Source: an uncultured Nitrospiraceae bacterium (GTDB lineage Bacteria; Nitrospirota; Nitrospiria; Nitrospirales; Nitrospiraceae). Taken from it: a stretch of DNA of 64,000 nt. Positions 39,020 through 50,599 of the stretch are shown in pieces. Position numbers and translations under genes: made by a program. Location: assembly GCA_963730935.1 (NCBI GenBank), contig CAVSTP010000002.1, positions 256,001 through 320,000 of the forward strand, given 5' to 3'. The notes below the pieces were generated by a model. The model saw only the letters and a list, made by a program, of their open reading frames with translations, did no database searches and was not told where the DNA came from. The first letter of the stretch is position 1. Every line of letters starts with the position of its first letter.

Positions 39020-40230
39020 CAGGACGATGCCTTCTTGCGTTGCGCTCGTATCTTCAACCGCAGTGCGTTCAGACGGATAAAACCCTCCGCATCTTTCTGG
39101 TTATAGACCTCGTCCTCTTCAAAGGTCGCGATGTCGAGTCGATACAGCGACCGTTTCGATTTGCGACCCGCCAAGGTGCAGCTGCCCTTGTACAGCCTCA
39201 CCCGCGCCGTACCGGTAACATCCTGCTGCGCTTCGTCGATCGCCTTTTGCACCATCTCGCGCTCGGGGCTGAACCAATAGCCGTTGTAGATCAAATCGGC
39301 ATAGCGAGGAATCAGACTGTCCCGGAAATGCAAAACCTCCCGGTCCATCGTCAACGATTCCAACCCTCGATGAGCGACGTGCAGAATCGTGCCCCCCGGC
39401 GTCTCGTAGACGCCGCGGGACTTCATGCCGACGTAGCGATTCTCGACCAGATCGACCCGCCCAACGCCATGCGCGCCGCCCACCTTGTTGAGATACGCAA
39501 GCAATGCAGCCGGACTCATTTTTTTGCCGTCCACCGCCACCGGATTGCCGGCCTCATAGTCGATCTCCACTTCCTGCGGTTTGTTGGGGGCCTTCTCCGG
39601 CGACACGGTCATCTGGAAAATCTCGTCCGGCGGCGATTCCCAGGGGTCTTCCAGGATGCCGCCCTCATAGCTCACATGGAATAAATTGAGGTCCATGCTG
39701 TACGGTTTTGCCTTGGTCGCCGTCACAGGGATGCCGTGGCGATCGGCATATTCGATCAACTCTCGACGGGACCGCATCGTCCACTCACGCCACGGAGCAA
39801 TGATTTTCAGCGTCGGCGCAAGCGCCATATAGGTCAACTCGAAGCGGACTTGATCGTTGCCCTTCCCCGTCGCGCCATGCGAGACGGCTTCTGCCCCTTC
39901 CTTGAGCGCAATTTCCGCCTGGCGGCGGGCGATCAATGGTCGCGCGATCGAGGTACCCAGCAAATAGGACCCTTCATACATCGCGTTCCCTCGCAGCATC
40001 GGGAACACATACTCCTTCACGAACGTTTCACGCAGATCCTCGATATAGACCTTCTTGACACCCAGCTTTTGGGCCTTGGCCTTGATGGCCTGCAGGTCTT
40101 CGCCTTGGCCGAGATCGGCGCAGAACGCGATGACCTCTGCTTCGTAGGTCTCTTGGAGCCATCTCAGAATGACCGAGGTGTCGAGCCCTCCGGAATAGGC
40201 CAGCACGATTTTTTTGATCCCGCGGTTCAT
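39019..40230 (-). CDS. argG: Argininosuccinate synthase
   Basis: [39 protein letters not shown]. Confidence 0.97.
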   Translation of the reverse strand: MNRGIKKIVLAYSGGLDTSVILRWLQETYEAEVIAFCADLGQGEDLQAIKAKAQKLGVKKVYIEDLRETFVKEYVFPMLRGNAMYEGSYLLGTSIARPLIARRQAEIALKEGAEAVSHGATGKGNDQVRFELTYMALAPTLKIIAPWREWTMRSRRELIEYADRHGIPVTATKAKPYSMDLNLFHVSYEGGILEDPWESPPDEIFQMTVSPEKAPNKPQEVEIDYEAGNPVAVDGKKMSPAALLAYLNKVGGAHGVGRVDLVENRYVGMKSRGVYETPGGTILHVAHRGLESLTMDREVLHFRDSLIPRYADLIYNGYWFSPEREMVQKAIDEAQQDVTGTARVRLYKGSCTLAGRKSKRSLYRLDIATFEEDEVYNQKDAEGFIRLNALRLKIRAQRKKASS

Positions 40231-41198
40231 CGTCGCCCTTGTCTCCCTTTCCCCAACAGGTTCGTCAAAATGGCTTTCTGCATATGCAGCCGGTTTTCCG
40301 CTTGATCGATCACGACGGATTGCGGACCGTCTAGGACCTCCGCAGTGATTTCCTCCCCTCGGTGGGCAGGCAAACAATGCATGACGATCGCATCAGGCTT
40401 GGCTCTGGCGACGAGCCGGCTGTTGACCTGATAAGGCGCAAGCACTCGCAATCGTCTGGCTTGTTCTCGTTCACGACCCATGCTGATCCAGACATCCGCA
40501 TACACGACATCCGCTTCCTTCACGGCCACATAAGGGTCCTGGCCTAGTTCGATTACGGCGCCGGTTTTGGCGGCTTCGACTCGCGCGAGATCCACGACAT
40601 GTTGATCCGGCTGGTAGCCGGACGGACACCCGAGCGAAATCGCCATGCCCATTTTGGCTACAGCCTCAATGAGCGAATTAGCGACGTTGTTGCCGTCGCC
40701 CACATAGGCGATCTTGATCCCTTTGAGCTTCCCTTTTTTTTCCTTGATCGTCAGCAAATCGGACAAGGCCTGGCACGGGTGGCTGAGGTCGGTAAGACCG
40801 TTGATCACGGGCATCGTGGCTTCGCGCGCCCATTCCTCGACCGTGCCGTGGTCATACGTGCGGATGACGATTCCGTCCAGATAACGGGACAGCACTCGCG
40901 CGGTATCGGCCACGCTTTCTCCGCGCGACAACTGGATGTCGGCCATCGGCAGGACCAGCGCGTGGCCGCCCAACTGATGCATCCCCGCTTCAAACGATAC
41001 TCGCGTCCGCGTTGACGGCTTTTGAAACAGGAGCCCGAGGGTTTTCCCCTTGAGCAGAGCGTGCGCGATGCCATGGCGCTGCTTTTTCTTGAGTGCAGCC
41101 GCCAATGTCAGCAGGCGTTCCACCTCGCCCTTGGGAACAGCCGCGACATCCAAGAGATCCTTCGCGAGCCGGGTTGTGCGCTGTGGCAGTGGTGTCAT
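40227..41198 (-). CDS. argF: Ornithine carbamoyltransferase
   Basis: [35 protein letters not shown]. Confidence 0.96.
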   Translation of the reverse strand: MTPLPQRTTRLAKDLLDVAAVPKGEVERLLTLAAALKKKQRHGIAHALLKGKTLGLLFQKPSTRTRVSFEAGMHQLGGHALVLPMADIQLSRGESVADTARVLSRYLDGIVIRTYDHGTVEEWAREATMPVINGLTDLSHPCQALSDLLTIKEKKGKLKGIKIAYVGDGNNVANSLIEAVAKMGMAISLGCPSGYQPDQHVVDLARVEAAKTGAVIELGQDPYVAVKEADVVYADVWISMGREREQARRLRVLAPYQVNSRLVARAKPDAIVMHCLPAHRGEEITAEVLDGPQSVVIDQAENRLHMQKAILTNLLGKGRQGRR

Positions 41199-41211
41199 CG
41201 GACGCCGACCT

Positions 41212-42423
41212 TCAAAGAGCCGCCGCCTGAGCGGCATGCCGATCAAAGATGTGTGACAGAACTTCCAGCAAGCGGTCGACTTCCGATTGCGTGATGATCA
41301 GCGGTGGAATAAAACGAAGCACGTGTTCTCCCACGGCGTTGACGAGGAACCCGCGCTTCAGACAATCGCCGACGACGGTTTTCGCATCCATTTCGACTTC
41401 CATCCCTTGGAGCAGCCCCAAGCCGCGTACATCCCGCACGAGATGGTGGCGGTCCTTGCACTCGGACAAGCCCTTGCTCAGGTAGTCGCCCATCCGCCGC
41501 GCCTGGTCCAGCACGCGGCCGTCGAGCAGCACACGGAAGACTGCCAGCGCCGCAGCACAGGCCAGTGGGTTCCCGCCGAATGTGGACGCATGCGAGCCGG
41601 GGCCGAAGGTTTTCGCGACGGGCGCCGTTGCCAAACAGGCGCCGATGGGAACGCCGCCGCCCAATCCCTTGGCCAAAGTCATGATGTCCGGCTGTACGTT
41701 CAACTGTTCATAGGCAAAGAGCGTCCCGGTTCGGCCCATTCCGGTCTGTACTTCATCGAAGATCAGGAGAATATCGCGTTGCGTGCACAGCTCACGGACC
41801 GCCTTGAGGTAGTCGCGAGAGGCGACGTGCACACCGCCCTCACCCTGAATCGGCTCCAGCATGATGGCGGCAGTCTTGTCGGTCACCGCTTGTTGCAGTT
41901 CGGCCAGGTGATTGAAGGTCACGTACGAGAACCCGGGAACGAGCGGCTCATACCCTTTTTGCACCTTTTCCTGACCGGTGGCGGTCAGTGTCGCCATGGT
42001 CCGGCCATGAAAGGATTGCTTCATCGTGATAATCTCGAACCGGCCGGCCCCGTACCTGTCGTGCGAATAGCGCCGTGCGAGCTTGATCGCCGCTTCATTG
42101 GCCTCTGCGCCGCTGTTGCAAAAAAAGACCTGGTCGGCAAATGAATGGTCCACGAGCAATTGCGCCAGTCTTACCTGCGGCTCCGTGTAGTAGAGATTTG
42201 ACGTGTGAATGAGTTGTGCCGCCTGCTTCTGGACCGCCAACACCAGGTCTGGATGTCCATGACCGAGCAGGTTCACGGCAATGCCCCCGACAAAATCCAC
42301 ATATTCACGACCCTCCAGGTCGTAGACCTTCGTCCCCCGCCCCCTCACAATGGAGATCGGCTGCCGTGCGTAGGTACCCATCAGATATTGTTCGGCGCTC
42401 TCCTTGAGTTCCTCAGTCGGCAT
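41212..42423 (-). CDS. argD: Acetylornithine aminotransferase
   Basis: NSGAEANEAA, FHGRT, EPIQGEGG, DEVQTG, AKGLGGG. Confidence 0.93.
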   Translation of the reverse strand: MPTEELKESAEQYLMGTYARQPISIVRGRGTKVYDLEGREYVDFVGGIAVNLLGHGHPDLVLAVQKQAAQLIHTSNLYYTEPQVRLAQLLVDHSFADQVFFCNSGAEANEAAIKLARRYSHDRYGAGRFEIITMKQSFHGRTMATLTATGQEKVQKGYEPLVPGFSYVTFNHLAELQQAVTDKTAAIMLEPIQGEGGVHVASRDYLKAVRELCTQRDILLIFDEVQTGMGRTGTLFAYEQLNVQPDIMTLAKGLGGGVPIGACLATAPVAKTFGPGSHASTFGGNPLACAAALAVFRVLLDGRVLDQARRMGDYLSKGLSECKDRHHLVRDVRGLGLLQGMEVEMDAKTVVGDCLKRGFLVNAVGEHVLRFIPPLIITQSEVDRLLEVLSHIFDRHAAQAAAL

Positions 42424-42553
42424 GGCAAACGTATCCCCTTGTAAAGTAAGGGAACCTAGCACAGGAATGCAGGTGAAAGCAAATGATCGAGTGGTGGGCG
42501 ATGAAGGGGGCTTCGAGCGCGGTGTCACCCGGGGTTATGATACTCTCTGATCA

Positions 42554-43213
42554 ATGAAAGCCTGCACTCAGTGTCAGCAGCAGAATCAAGACGACGCAAA
42601 TTTTTGCTATCAATGCGGGAACGACCTGGGAGCATCGAACGACGTTTCGGCCACATCGACGCCCTTTTCCAGTCGCACGGACGAGGACCTGTGGCGTGAT
42701 TTCATCGGTCCGAACGCTGACCGCTTTCTGGAGCAGTTCAAGAAGTTCGGCTCTCCGCAATCACCTCGATTCGCGCTCACGTGGAACTGGCCGGCCTTCC
42801 TGTATGTCTCGTTTCTCTGGTTTCTGTACCGGAAAATGTATCTCTATGCGGCGGTGTATGCGATCGGCCCCATAGTCTCAACCTACCTGACGGGCGATCT
42901 GACGAGCGGGATCGTTTGGAGTGTGGTTGCCGGCGCTACCGCCAACTATGTGTACTACTGGCATTGCCGTGAGAATATTGCTGCCATCAAACAACAAGCC
43001 TGGAATGATCCGACCCAACAGCATGCGGTATTGAAGGAAGAAGGCGGCGTGCAACCGTACGTCATCTGGGTCGGGGTGGTGTTCTATCTGCTCTTTTCGC
43101 TGACGATGTTCAAAATGCTTCAAGAAGGCGCCCTGGATGTCGACAAGGTTCCGAAGAGACCGGCCAAGACGGCTGGCAATGCCGAAGACATTAGCGCTGT
43201 CGTTGCCACGTGA
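42554..43213 (+). CDS. Zinc-ribbon, DUF2628-like membrane protein
   Basis: CTQC...CYQC, WNWPAF, WFLYRKMY. Confidence 0.8.
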   Translation: MKACTQCQQQNQDDANFCYQCGNDLGASNDVSATSTPFSSRTDEDLWRDFIGPNADRFLEQFKKFGSPQSPRFALTWNWPAFLYVSFLWFLYRKMYLYAAVYAIGPIVSTYLTGDLTSGIVWSVVAGATANYVYYWHCRENIAAIKQQAWNDPTQQHAVLKEEGGVQPYVIWVGVVFYLLFSLTMFKMLQEGALDVDKVPKRPAKTAGNAEDISAVVAT

Positions 43214-44015
43214 TCCAAGCCTGAAACCAGCCCCAGTCCTGCTCGTAAGCCGCGCCTCCGGAATCCGCAGCCTCTTGTTTTTGCTCCAATTGTGTATACG
43301 TGCGCGGCCAGTTTTTCTGCCACCAACTCTTGAGTTCATCAGGACCATAGGCCTGTCCGTTCGGGGCGAGGATCCCGGCTGCCGCGCAGAGCGGCGCAAT
43401 GAGCGGCCAGTACCGGTCCTTGCCCAGCCCAAGACTTCGAAAATGCTCCCGCAGCAAGAAGCCCACCCAGAGTTCAGCGCTGTGCTTCTTGTTGTGCTTG
43501 AAAGGCTGTGTTTGTCTCAAGGGTATGGGGTCGAATGCCTTAACGATCGACGTATAGTCCGGTCCGCCATAGCTGCCGGCCGCTTCGGCAATCCCTTCGA
43601 CGATGCTCGAGAGCTCCAATTCGGTCACGGGTGGAGCACTCATGCTTTGGCTGGAGAGACCGTCGGACATGGGGTTGGGCGTCGTCAGCAATTCGATCAA
43701 GGGTTTGAGTTCTCGCAGCCTGGTCGCCGCGGCCTTGAGCATCTGCTCCGATTCGAGCCAGTAATCGGCATCGTTCTTGGTGAGGCGCTCCCGGCCGGCG
43801 GGGGGAAGCACGGTGGGCACCCAGTACCGCATCAGCACGAACAGGATGTAGTCGACTTGTCCGCCGACTTGCCCGATACGATCGAGCAGACTGCCTGTTG
43901 CCGCGGCCTTGAAAAACGCCTCCGCGCGATCGAGTACTTGTAGTCGCGCACCCATGTTGAGCCACCAGCTTTCGACGGCGCGCCAGGGGCTCTCGAACGA
44001 CGGACCTGTGCTCAT
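43191..44015 (-). CDS. Hypothetical protein
   Basis: Long ORF filling the gap between recognisable genes; no family recognised. Confidence 0.6.
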   Translation of the reverse strand: MSTGPSFESPWRAVESWWLNMGARLQVLDRAEAFFKAAATGSLLDRIGQVGGQVDYILFVLMRYWVPTVLPPAGRERLTKNDADYWLESEQMLKAAATRLRELKPLIELLTTPNPMSDGLSSQSMSAPPVTELELSSIVEGIAEAAGSYGGPDYTSIVKAFDPIPLRQTQPFKHNKKHSAELWVGFLLREHFRSLGLGKDRYWPLIAPLCAAAGILAPNGQAYGPDELKSWWQKNWPRTYTQLEQKQEAADSGGAAYEQDWGWFQAWITWQRQR

Positions 44016-44143
44016 AATGAATGTATCCTGCTGAAATCGTGCGGCATGGTACTGCCGCAATAGGTCGAAAGCAACGCTTGACTTGGACTCGTGATGCAGT
44101 ATTCTTGGCCGGCGCAGAGTTGATTGACCTGGAGGGACATGCG

Positions 44144-44749
44144 ATGGGACGTCTCGTCTTGCTCCGACACGGGGAGTCGCAATGGAATCTAGAGAACCGG
44201 TTCACCGGCTGGGTGGATGTGCCGCTTTCCTCGCGAGGCATCCAAGAAGCAAAAAATGCTGGTGACAAACTCCGTCCCTACCGATTCGATCGCGCGTTCA
44301 CCTCCGTGTTGCAGCGGGCGAACGAGACGCTTCGACTGGCGCTCGAGGTCATCGGACAGACCACGATTCCGACGGAACGGGACAAGGCGTTGAACGAACG
44401 GATGTATGGAGAACTGCAAGGCCTCAATAAGGCGGAAACGGCCAAAAAGTACGGTGAAGATCAGGTCAAGATCTGGCGTCGCAGTTATGACGTTCGACCG
44501 CCGGGAGGGGAAAGCCTCAAGGACACCGCCGAGCGCGTGTTGCCCTACTTCGCCACGGCAATCAGGCCGCATGTAATCGCAGGCGAAACGATTTTGATCG
44601 CCGCGCACGGGAACAGTCTCCGAGCATTGGTGATGGAACTAGAACAGCTCACGAGGGACCAGGTATTGGAACTCAATATTCCAACGGGCGCCCCTCTACT
44701 CTATGAACTCGACTCGAGCGGACGGGTGACCAGCCACCGGTATCTGTAG
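44144..44749 (+). CDS. gpmA: 2,3-BPG-dependent phosphoglycerate mutase
   Basis: LVLLRHGESQWN, FTGWVD, LNERMYG, AAHGNSLR; GGAGG RBS. Confidence 0.95.
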   Translation: MGRLVLLRHGESQWNLENRFTGWVDVPLSSRGIQEAKNAGDKLRPYRFDRAFTSVLQRANETLRLALEVIGQTTIPTERDKALNERMYGELQGLNKAETAKKYGEDQVKIWRRSYDVRPPGGESLKDTAERVLPYFATAIRPHVIAGETILIAAHGNSLRALVMELEQLTRDQVLELNIPTGAPLLYELDSSGRVTSHRYL

Positions 44750-44939
44750 CGCAGCCGAGCGCCAGGTAGTCGAACCCTCGCTCTCGCCTCCATCCCTGAG
44801 TGCCCACGAGTGTCTCTTTTCCGGATTCTCGTGGAGACCCTAGTTGTCCTCTTCCAGTCGTGCCTCCATGCTGTAGATCCAGCCAACGGGTGGTTCCGTA
44901 GTGGAAGAGACGAGTCCACCCTTCACCGATGGAGGTTCT

Positions 44940-45305
44940 ATGAAGATCGCATTCTGTTCTCTCGCGCTCGGTGTGCTCTGGTATGTGGCCACGCCGGCCA
45001 TGGCGGATATGGGAAAAGATGCCGGTCCCTTGAAGGCGGCTTCCGGCTCAAAGGCGGAAACTCACATTGCGGCCGGCATTGAACATTACGGCAAGGGACA
45101 TTGGGACGTGGCGAAAAAGCATTTCGCCGAAGCCGAAAAGGCGGATCCTCAGTCGGCTGAGGCGCACTACGATCTTGCGCTGGCGCTCGACAAGGCCGGA
45201 GACCATAAGAGCGCAACAGAGCACTTTCAGCGTGCACAGACGCTCGGGAAAGACAACATGGAGATCCAGCAGTCGGAGATTCTGAAGAAGCACCTCAAGA
45301 TGTAG
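44940..45305 (+). CDS. Exported TPR protein
   Basis: Signal peptide, AEAHYDLALAL TPR pattern; GGAGG RBS. Confidence 0.8.
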   Translation: MKIAFCSLALGVLWYVATPAMADMGKDAGPLKAASGSKAETHIAAGIEHYGKGHWDVAKKHFAEAEKADPQSAEAHYDLALALDKAGDHKSATEHFQRAQTLGKDNMEIQQSEILKKHLKM

Positions 45306-45323
45306 ACGAGCTGCGGCGGCCGG

Positions 45324-46346
45324 TCAGGCAACTTTGGTCGGCCGCCACCTGAGCCCGGCATTCAATAATTCCTGGAGCAGCTCATCGTACTCGTAATCGG
45401 CGCTTTCCGCGGAATCGGCAAAATCTTCATTGCGCGCAATTTGTGGATTCGGATTGGCTTCGAGTACATACAGGACCCCCTGCGCATCCATCCGCAAGTC
45501 GATGCGGGCGTAGCCGCTCAATCCCAGCGCGCGGTATACCCGCTTGGCAAGGTACTGGATCTCCTCTGCCTTTCCCGCCGGAAGATTTTTCGCCTTCTCC
45601 GAAGTAATGCCGTACTTGTCCTGATACTTTCGACTCCACTTCACCCGTTCAGTCGCAATTCTGCGGGTGTCCTCAGGCAGGTTGTCCATCTTGAGTTCCC
45701 ATACCGGCAACGCTTGAAGGCGGCCGTTGCCGATGACACCGACGTAAAGCTCCCGCCCTTCGATGTAGCGTTCGATTAGCGCACCGGTGCCCACGCTTTC
45801 GTGAATGAATGCCACGCGCTCTTTCAGTTTCCCGTCGTCTTCCACGATAGATGCCTGGGAGATGCCGAGAGAGGCTTCTTCGGTGATGGATTTGACAATC
45901 AGCGGGAACGAGAGCCACGTCGGACGCTTGACCGTCCGACCTTGGGGCGCCACGATAAAATCCGGAAACGGAATGCGGTGAAACGAAAACAATTTCTTCG
46001 CCAGCACCTTGTCGCGGGCCAGCATCAACCCTCGAGGATTGCAGCCGGTGTATGGGACGCGCAGCAGTTCCAAATACGAAACGACGTTTTGGTCATACAC
46101 CGCGAGGCCGTCAAATTCTTCGAGCAGGTTAAAGGCGATGTGGGGACGCCATTCCTCGATCGCGGCCCGAATGACGCCGAGATCGCTCTTCACCCCAAGC
46201 GGCCTGACGTCGTGCCCCAGTGCCCGCAGGGTGGTCACCACATCGTATTCCGTTCTCCACTCGGCGTTGGACGGATCATGACCATTGAGAGGGTCTGGCG
46301 GAACTAAGTCACCATGCATGAGGACGAGGACGCGCAGTCGTCTCAT
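45324..46346 (-). CDS. ATP-grasp ligase, D-Ala-D-Ala ligase-like
   Basis: PYTG, RDK, PLIVK, SLGIS, LIERYIEGRE, GYARIDLR, LEANPNP. Confidence 0.85.
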   Translation of the reverse strand: MRRLRVLVLMHGDLVPPDPLNGHDPSNAEWRTEYDVVTTLRALGHDVRPLGVKSDLGVIRAAIEEWRPHIAFNLLEEFDGLAVYDQNVVSYLELLRVPYTGCNPRGLMLARDKVLAKKLFSFHRIPFPDFIVAPQGRTVKRPTWLSFPLIVKSITEEASLGISQASIVEDDGKLKERVAFIHESVGTGALIERYIEGRELYVGVIGNGRLQALPVWELKMDNLPEDTRRIATERVKWSRKYQDKYGITSEKAKNLPAGKAEEIQYLAKRVYRALGLSGYARIDLRMDAQGVLYVLEANPNPQIARNEDFADSAESADYEYDELLQELLNAGLRWRPTKVA

Positions 46347-47404
46347 ACCGCCACCTTGTGACGTCCGCTGCGTAAATAGTTCATTGTGTGGACCGTCAAG
46401 AGGATCGTAAAGTCGAGCTTCGCCTGTTCCTCATCGATCGGCAGGCGCAACCGCAGTTCGCGGCATCGTTCGATCATGTCTTCGAGCACTTGATCGATCG
46501 TGTACTGATACTCACCCGTCCAACTGGCAACCTTGCGGCGGACCTCACGCCGAAATCGGTTTAAGAATGCGGCGGCGCTCATCTTGTCTCCGTGGACGGA
46601 GTCATCCGAAAAGAGCCGCTTCAAATCTGGGTCATAGGAGGACGATCTCGCGACCCCATAATGTCCGCGCTTGCGTGCGTAGTGCTCACGGAGAGTTCGC
46701 TTGAGCATGGGCAACGGATCCACCTGCTCTGTCGTGGTCACGACCGGCGGCACACCGGCCAGTCCCTTCATGAGACTGTCCATGTATTGGAGCTTTCGCA
46801 TGACAGGCCATCCCTTGTACCGGTCGGCCCACAGCGAGTTCGGCGTCAACCACACGGCGAATGTCTCGGCAAAGTCTTCATCGGGATGGCTTTGCGCGTA
46901 CCATACATCCAGGTGCCGCACAAAGCTGCGGCTGTAGGGTCGAGGACTGTAATACTTGGGATAGGGGTCTGAAGAGCGTCCAAAGATGCGTTGTCTGCCA
47001 CGCGAGCGGCGGATCCGGTACGCGTTCTCGATGGCATGCCCAGCCTCATGCCGAAGGATGCGCATGCACCACTCCGCGGTGCCGCCCTCGACTTCGAGCA
47101 TCTGTGCCAGCTCGAGTCTCTCCAACCTCGGATGAGCAAGATAGAACGGGATGGCAATGCCCGGCACGCCGTCCGGCGTGAACCATTCGTTCGAAATCCA
47201 GAAATGTGGACGAAAGCAGAGGTGCTTGGCCTCAAGCTCCTGTTCGAGCTGACGAATATGGCGCGACAAAAAGGGACTCTCGATTGTGACGTTGAGACGG
47301 CACATGGGAAGATCGAGCAGCTTTTCATCGGACCAGGACACCCACGCAGGCTCGCGCTGACTGAGATCAGAGGGAGTTCGGTTTTTCGGATGCGCTCGCG
47401 CCAT
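46343..47404 (-). CDS. Putative zinc metallopeptidase (HExxH)
   Basis: LRHEAGHA, YAQSHPDEDFAETFAVWL. Confidence 0.85.
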   Translation of the reverse strand: MARAHPKNRTPSDLSQREPAWVSWSDEKLLDLPMCRLNVTIESPFLSRHIRQLEQELEAKHLCFRPHFWISNEWFTPDGVPGIAIPFYLAHPRLERLELAQMLEVEGGTAEWCMRILRHEAGHAIENAYRIRRSRGRQRIFGRSSDPYPKYYSPRPYSRSFVRHLDVWYAQSHPDEDFAETFAVWLTPNSLWADRYKGWPVMRKLQYMDSLMKGLAGVPPVVTTTEQVDPLPMLKRTLREHYARKRGHYGVARSSSYDPDLKRLFSDDSVHGDKMSAAAFLNRFRREVRRKVASWTGEYQYTIDQVLEDMIERCRELRLRLPIDEEQAKLDFTILLTVHTMNYLRSGRHKVAV

Positions 47405-47605
47405 ACCTTCCCCAGAGCATTATACACTTACTGAAATATAGCAGGTCGAGCGTTGACGAGGACCTGGCGGCTTGGACCGAGGGAGAAATTGTTTTCTTCC
47501 GCCCAAGAATGAACCGGAAGTAGCAACATCAGAGCTGGCCGGTCGGGCGGCGATGCACCGCCAGCATTCGACAGCGGATCGATCGAACGCGTAGAATGGG
47601 TTCCG

Positions 47606-48487
47606 ATGTCGCCGATCAGTCATTTCCGTCCGATACTGCCGAGATTGGACGACGCCACCGAACAGTTGCAAACGCGACTGCTCCGTCAGGTTGGGCAAAC
47701 GATCAGCGAGTATGGTTTGATCGAAGCCGGCGACAAAGTCATGGTGTGCCTCTCGGGCGGGAAGGACAGTTATGGGCTGTTGGATCTTCTCCTCGTGCTC
47801 CAGCGTCGGGCCCCTGTCCGGTTTGATCTCATCGCCGTCAACCTGGACCAGAAGCAACCCGGCTTCCCCGCACACGTCTTGCCGGAATATCTCACGTCGG
47901 TGGGGATTCCGTTTCGCATCGAAACACGGGACACCTATTCGATCGTCAAACGCCTCATCCCTGAAGGACAGACGACCTGTTCACTTTGCTCGCGGCTGCG
48001 TCGTGGTCATCTCTACCGCGTCGCCACTGAACTGGGGGCCACCAAGATTGCTCTGGGCCATCACCGTGACGACATTCTCGAAACGCTATTGATGAATCTG
48101 TTGTTCACCGGAAAACTCAAAGCCATGCCACCCAAGCTCCGTTCGAAAGACGGGCGGCATCTCGTCATTCGTCCCCTCGCGGCCGTCCGCGAGGCCGATC
48201 TTGCCCTGTATGCGGAACGGCGCGGGTTCCCGATTATTCCTTGCGATCTTTGCGGTTCCCAAGAGGATCTCAAGCGGAAGCAGGCGAAGACGTTCCTGCA
48301 GGAGTGGGAACGGCGTGCGCCCGGCTGTACCGACAGCATGTTCGCGGCGCTGTCAAACGTTGCCCCATCCCTCCTCCTGGACGGGAAACTTTTCGATTTC
48401 CGCTCTTTGGCCCTGGAGGATGCCGTCTACGGAGATGAAGACGGCTGGTTAGATCAGAAAGCGCCTAGCTCTTCAACCTGCTCGTAA
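47606..48487 (+). CDS. ttcA: tRNA 2-thiocytidine(32) synthetase
   Basis: [48 protein letters not shown]. Confidence 0.95.
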   Translation: MSPISHFRPILPRLDDATEQLQTRLLRQVGQTISEYGLIEAGDKVMVCLSGGKDSYGLLDLLLVLQRRAPVRFDLIAVNLDQKQPGFPAHVLPEYLTSVGIPFRIETRDTYSIVKRLIPEGQTTCSLCSRLRRGHLYRVATELGATKIALGHHRDDILETLLMNLLFTGKLKAMPPKLRSKDGRHLVIRPLAAVREADLALYAERRGFPIIPCDLCGSQEDLKRKQAKTFLQEWERRAPGCTDSMFAALSNVAPSLLLDGKLFDFRSLALEDAVYGDEDGWLDQKAPSSSTCS

Positions 48488-49001
48488 ATAGCTTGCGAAA
48501 TTTTGCGACCTTCGGCCCCACCACGGCCGTGCAGTAGCCCTGAAACGGATTCCGCGCAAAATATTCCTGGTGATAGGGCTCGGCTTCATGCCACGTGGCG
48601 GCGACGACGAGCTCTGTCACGATCGGATTGGAGTACACATGATCTCGAGTCAATGACGCCATCACGTCCTCGGCGATTCGCTTCTGCTCGGGACTGTGGT
48701 AATAAATTGCAGAGCGATACTGAGTGCCGACATCGTGCCCCTGACGGTTCAGCGTGGTTGGGTCATGAATGACGAAGAAGATCTCCAGGAGTTCGCGATA
48801 ATTGACCACGTCTGGGTCGAAGGAAACTTTGACTGCCTCAGCATGCCCGGTGCGTCCGCCGCAGACCGCCTCATACGTCGGTCGCTCCGTGTGACCGCCC
48901 GTATACCCGGATTCCACCGTCCGTACACCCTTCAGTTGATCATAAACGGCTTCTAGACACCAGAAGCATCCCCCCGCAAGTGTCGCGACCTCTTCTCTCA
49001 T
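48465..49001 (-). CDS. msrA: Peptide-methionine (S)-S-oxide reductase
   Basis: [34 protein letters not shown]. Confidence 0.95.
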   Translation of the reverse strand: MREEVATLAGGCFWCLEAVYDQLKGVRTVESGYTGGHTERPTYEAVCGGRTGHAEAVKVSFDPDVVNYRELLEIFFVIHDPTTLNRQGHDVGTQYRSAIYYHSPEQKRIAEDVMASLTRDHVYSNPIVTELVVAATWHEAEPYHQEYFARNPFQGYCTAVVGPKVAKFRKLFTSRLKS

Positions 49002-49145
49002 GATGCGTTTCAGACCTTTCCAGCATCCGCCAGTTTCAATACACGAGGACGCAACCACCGGCCGGCGGCGCCAACAGGCACTCGATGTATAGCATAGGAA
49101 AAGGCACGCTAGCGAGACAGGAAGAAGGCAAAGACTGGGAAGGGA

Positions 49146-49502
49146 CTAGCGTCTTCCGGGTTTGAGATTGGCGATCAGTTGCCTGAGCTTCGCCCGTTCA
49201 TCCGGATGCATAGCGGTAAATTCCAGGCCGAAGACATTCCCTTTGACCCAGCGAACCTGCGCCTCGTCTATGCGCAACGGCCAACTTAGCCCGGGCGCGT
49301 AAATTCTACATTCAAATGCCGCATTGGACACCACCGGCTGATCGGATTCGATGCGGCATCCGCCGTCCGAGAGGTCCAGGGTTTTTCCTTGCCCTTCGCG
49401 CTGCCCACCCGAGAAGGTACTGCGAAACTGGGCGGTAAAGCGTGGGTGCATTCTCTTTTCTGTTCCGCGATCCTTTTTCAGTACCTGAGCTTTCATTGCC
49501 AT
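49146..49502 (-). CDS. Stand-alone PilZ-domain protein
   Basis: KRMHPR, DLSDGGC, VRW, FGLEF. Confidence 0.85.
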   Translation of the reverse strand: MAMKAQVLKKDRGTEKRMHPRFTAQFRSTFSGGQREGQGKTLDLSDGGCRIESDQPVVSNAAFECRIYAPGLSWPLRIDEAQVRWVKGNVFGLEFTAMHPDERAKLRQLIANLKPGRR

Positions 49503-49603
49503 CGATACTCACCTCCACCATCGTGGTACCGAGCACAAATGACGCACCCCGACGCTCTCACGAAGAGAATTCGTCGGGGCGCCTCGATGCCTTCTTGAGG
49601 AGC

Positions 49604-50275
49604 CTATTTCTTTTTCAACAGGACATGTCCGCGCCGATTGAGCTGATAGCAGGATTCGTCGTGTTCCGTGCAGAAGGGACGTTCTTTGCCATACGACACA
49701 ATGCCGACCTGCTTGGGATGGACACCCAGTTCGGTGAGATACATGCGAGCGCTCTTCGAACGTTTGTCCCCTAACACCATGTTGTAATCGGTCGTTCCTC
49801 GTTCATCGCAGTGACCCTCGACCTTCAGCACCGATCCTGGATGGTCCTTCAACCACCTGGCGTTGTAATTCAATGCCTCCCTTCCGGAGTCTGACAAGGT
49901 CCATTCGTCGTACCCGAAGAACACGTCCTTCAGACCTGCCTCCATGGCTGCTTGTTCTTCTCTTGTTAATTCCGCGCGGTGACGACTCCCGGCAGTCGCT
50001 GGAGAGATGGATGCAATGCCGCCGCCGTGAGCCAGGTACTCATCCCCTGGGTTCTGAGAAAATCCCCTCAGCTCGCTGGGGGTAGTGCCTTGCGTGAGAC
50101 CCGGGAAATTGGGATTGACGCCCTGGCCGTTCCATCCGGACGCTCCTCCTTCGCGGGTGGCCCCGGCCGTTTGGTCGCCATCCGACTGTAACCATTTCAT
50201 GCCGCAACCCGATGCGCCCAATGTCATTACGCCCAAAGCCGCCACCAGAACGGTTTTTCCGAGACTGACCTTCAT
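49604..50275 (-). CDS. OmpA/Pal-like peptidoglycan-associated lipoprotein
   Basis: ASGC lipobox, VFFGYD, EGHCDERGT, YNMVLG, SYGKERP, NRR. Confidence 0.88.
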   Translation of the reverse strand: MKVSLGKTVLVAALGVMTLGASGCGMKWLQSDGDQTAGATREGGASGWNGQGVNPNFPGLTQGTTPSELRGFSQNPGDEYLAHGGGIASISPATAGSRHRAELTREEQAAMEAGLKDVFFGYDEWTLSDSGREALNYNARWLKDHPGSVLKVEGHCDERGTTDYNMVLGDKRSKSARMYLTELGVHPKQVGIVSYGKERPFCTEHDESCYQLNRRGHVLLKKK

Positions 50276-50452
50276 GGTATCCCCCATCATTTTTGGGTGA
50301 AGCTGCACTAAAACAACTATAGCACCACCACCACGGACGAGCCGTTGACTCCGACAGAGGATGACAACACGCTGAAATATCGGGAGTTTAAGGTAATGGG
50401 GAAAGGGAGGGAAACTGCCGGGCGGACGGGGATCCTACGCTCAGGGAGAGGT

Positions 50453-50599
50453 CTAGAACTGGGCGGACCGCCGGTCAGCCCAACGGACCGGCCGCATCAC
50501 TGTCCCCAATGCCGCGACTGCGCAAATCATCGCCAGCATCAGAAGACCTAGCATGAGGAAGAACGCACCCCGCACATCGTGGAGGATAACATGGTTCAT
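50453..50599 (-). CDS. Small membrane protein
   Basis: One TM segment; GGAGG upstream. Confidence 0.45.
   Translation of the reverse strand: MNHVILHDVRGAFFLMLGLLMLAMICAVAALGTVMRPVRWADRRSAQF

Noticed and set aside
45324..47404. VanA/VanX-type glycopeptide resistance
   Set aside because: The peptidase is HExxH-type rather than VanX-like, and there is no dehydrogenase or two-component system alongside.
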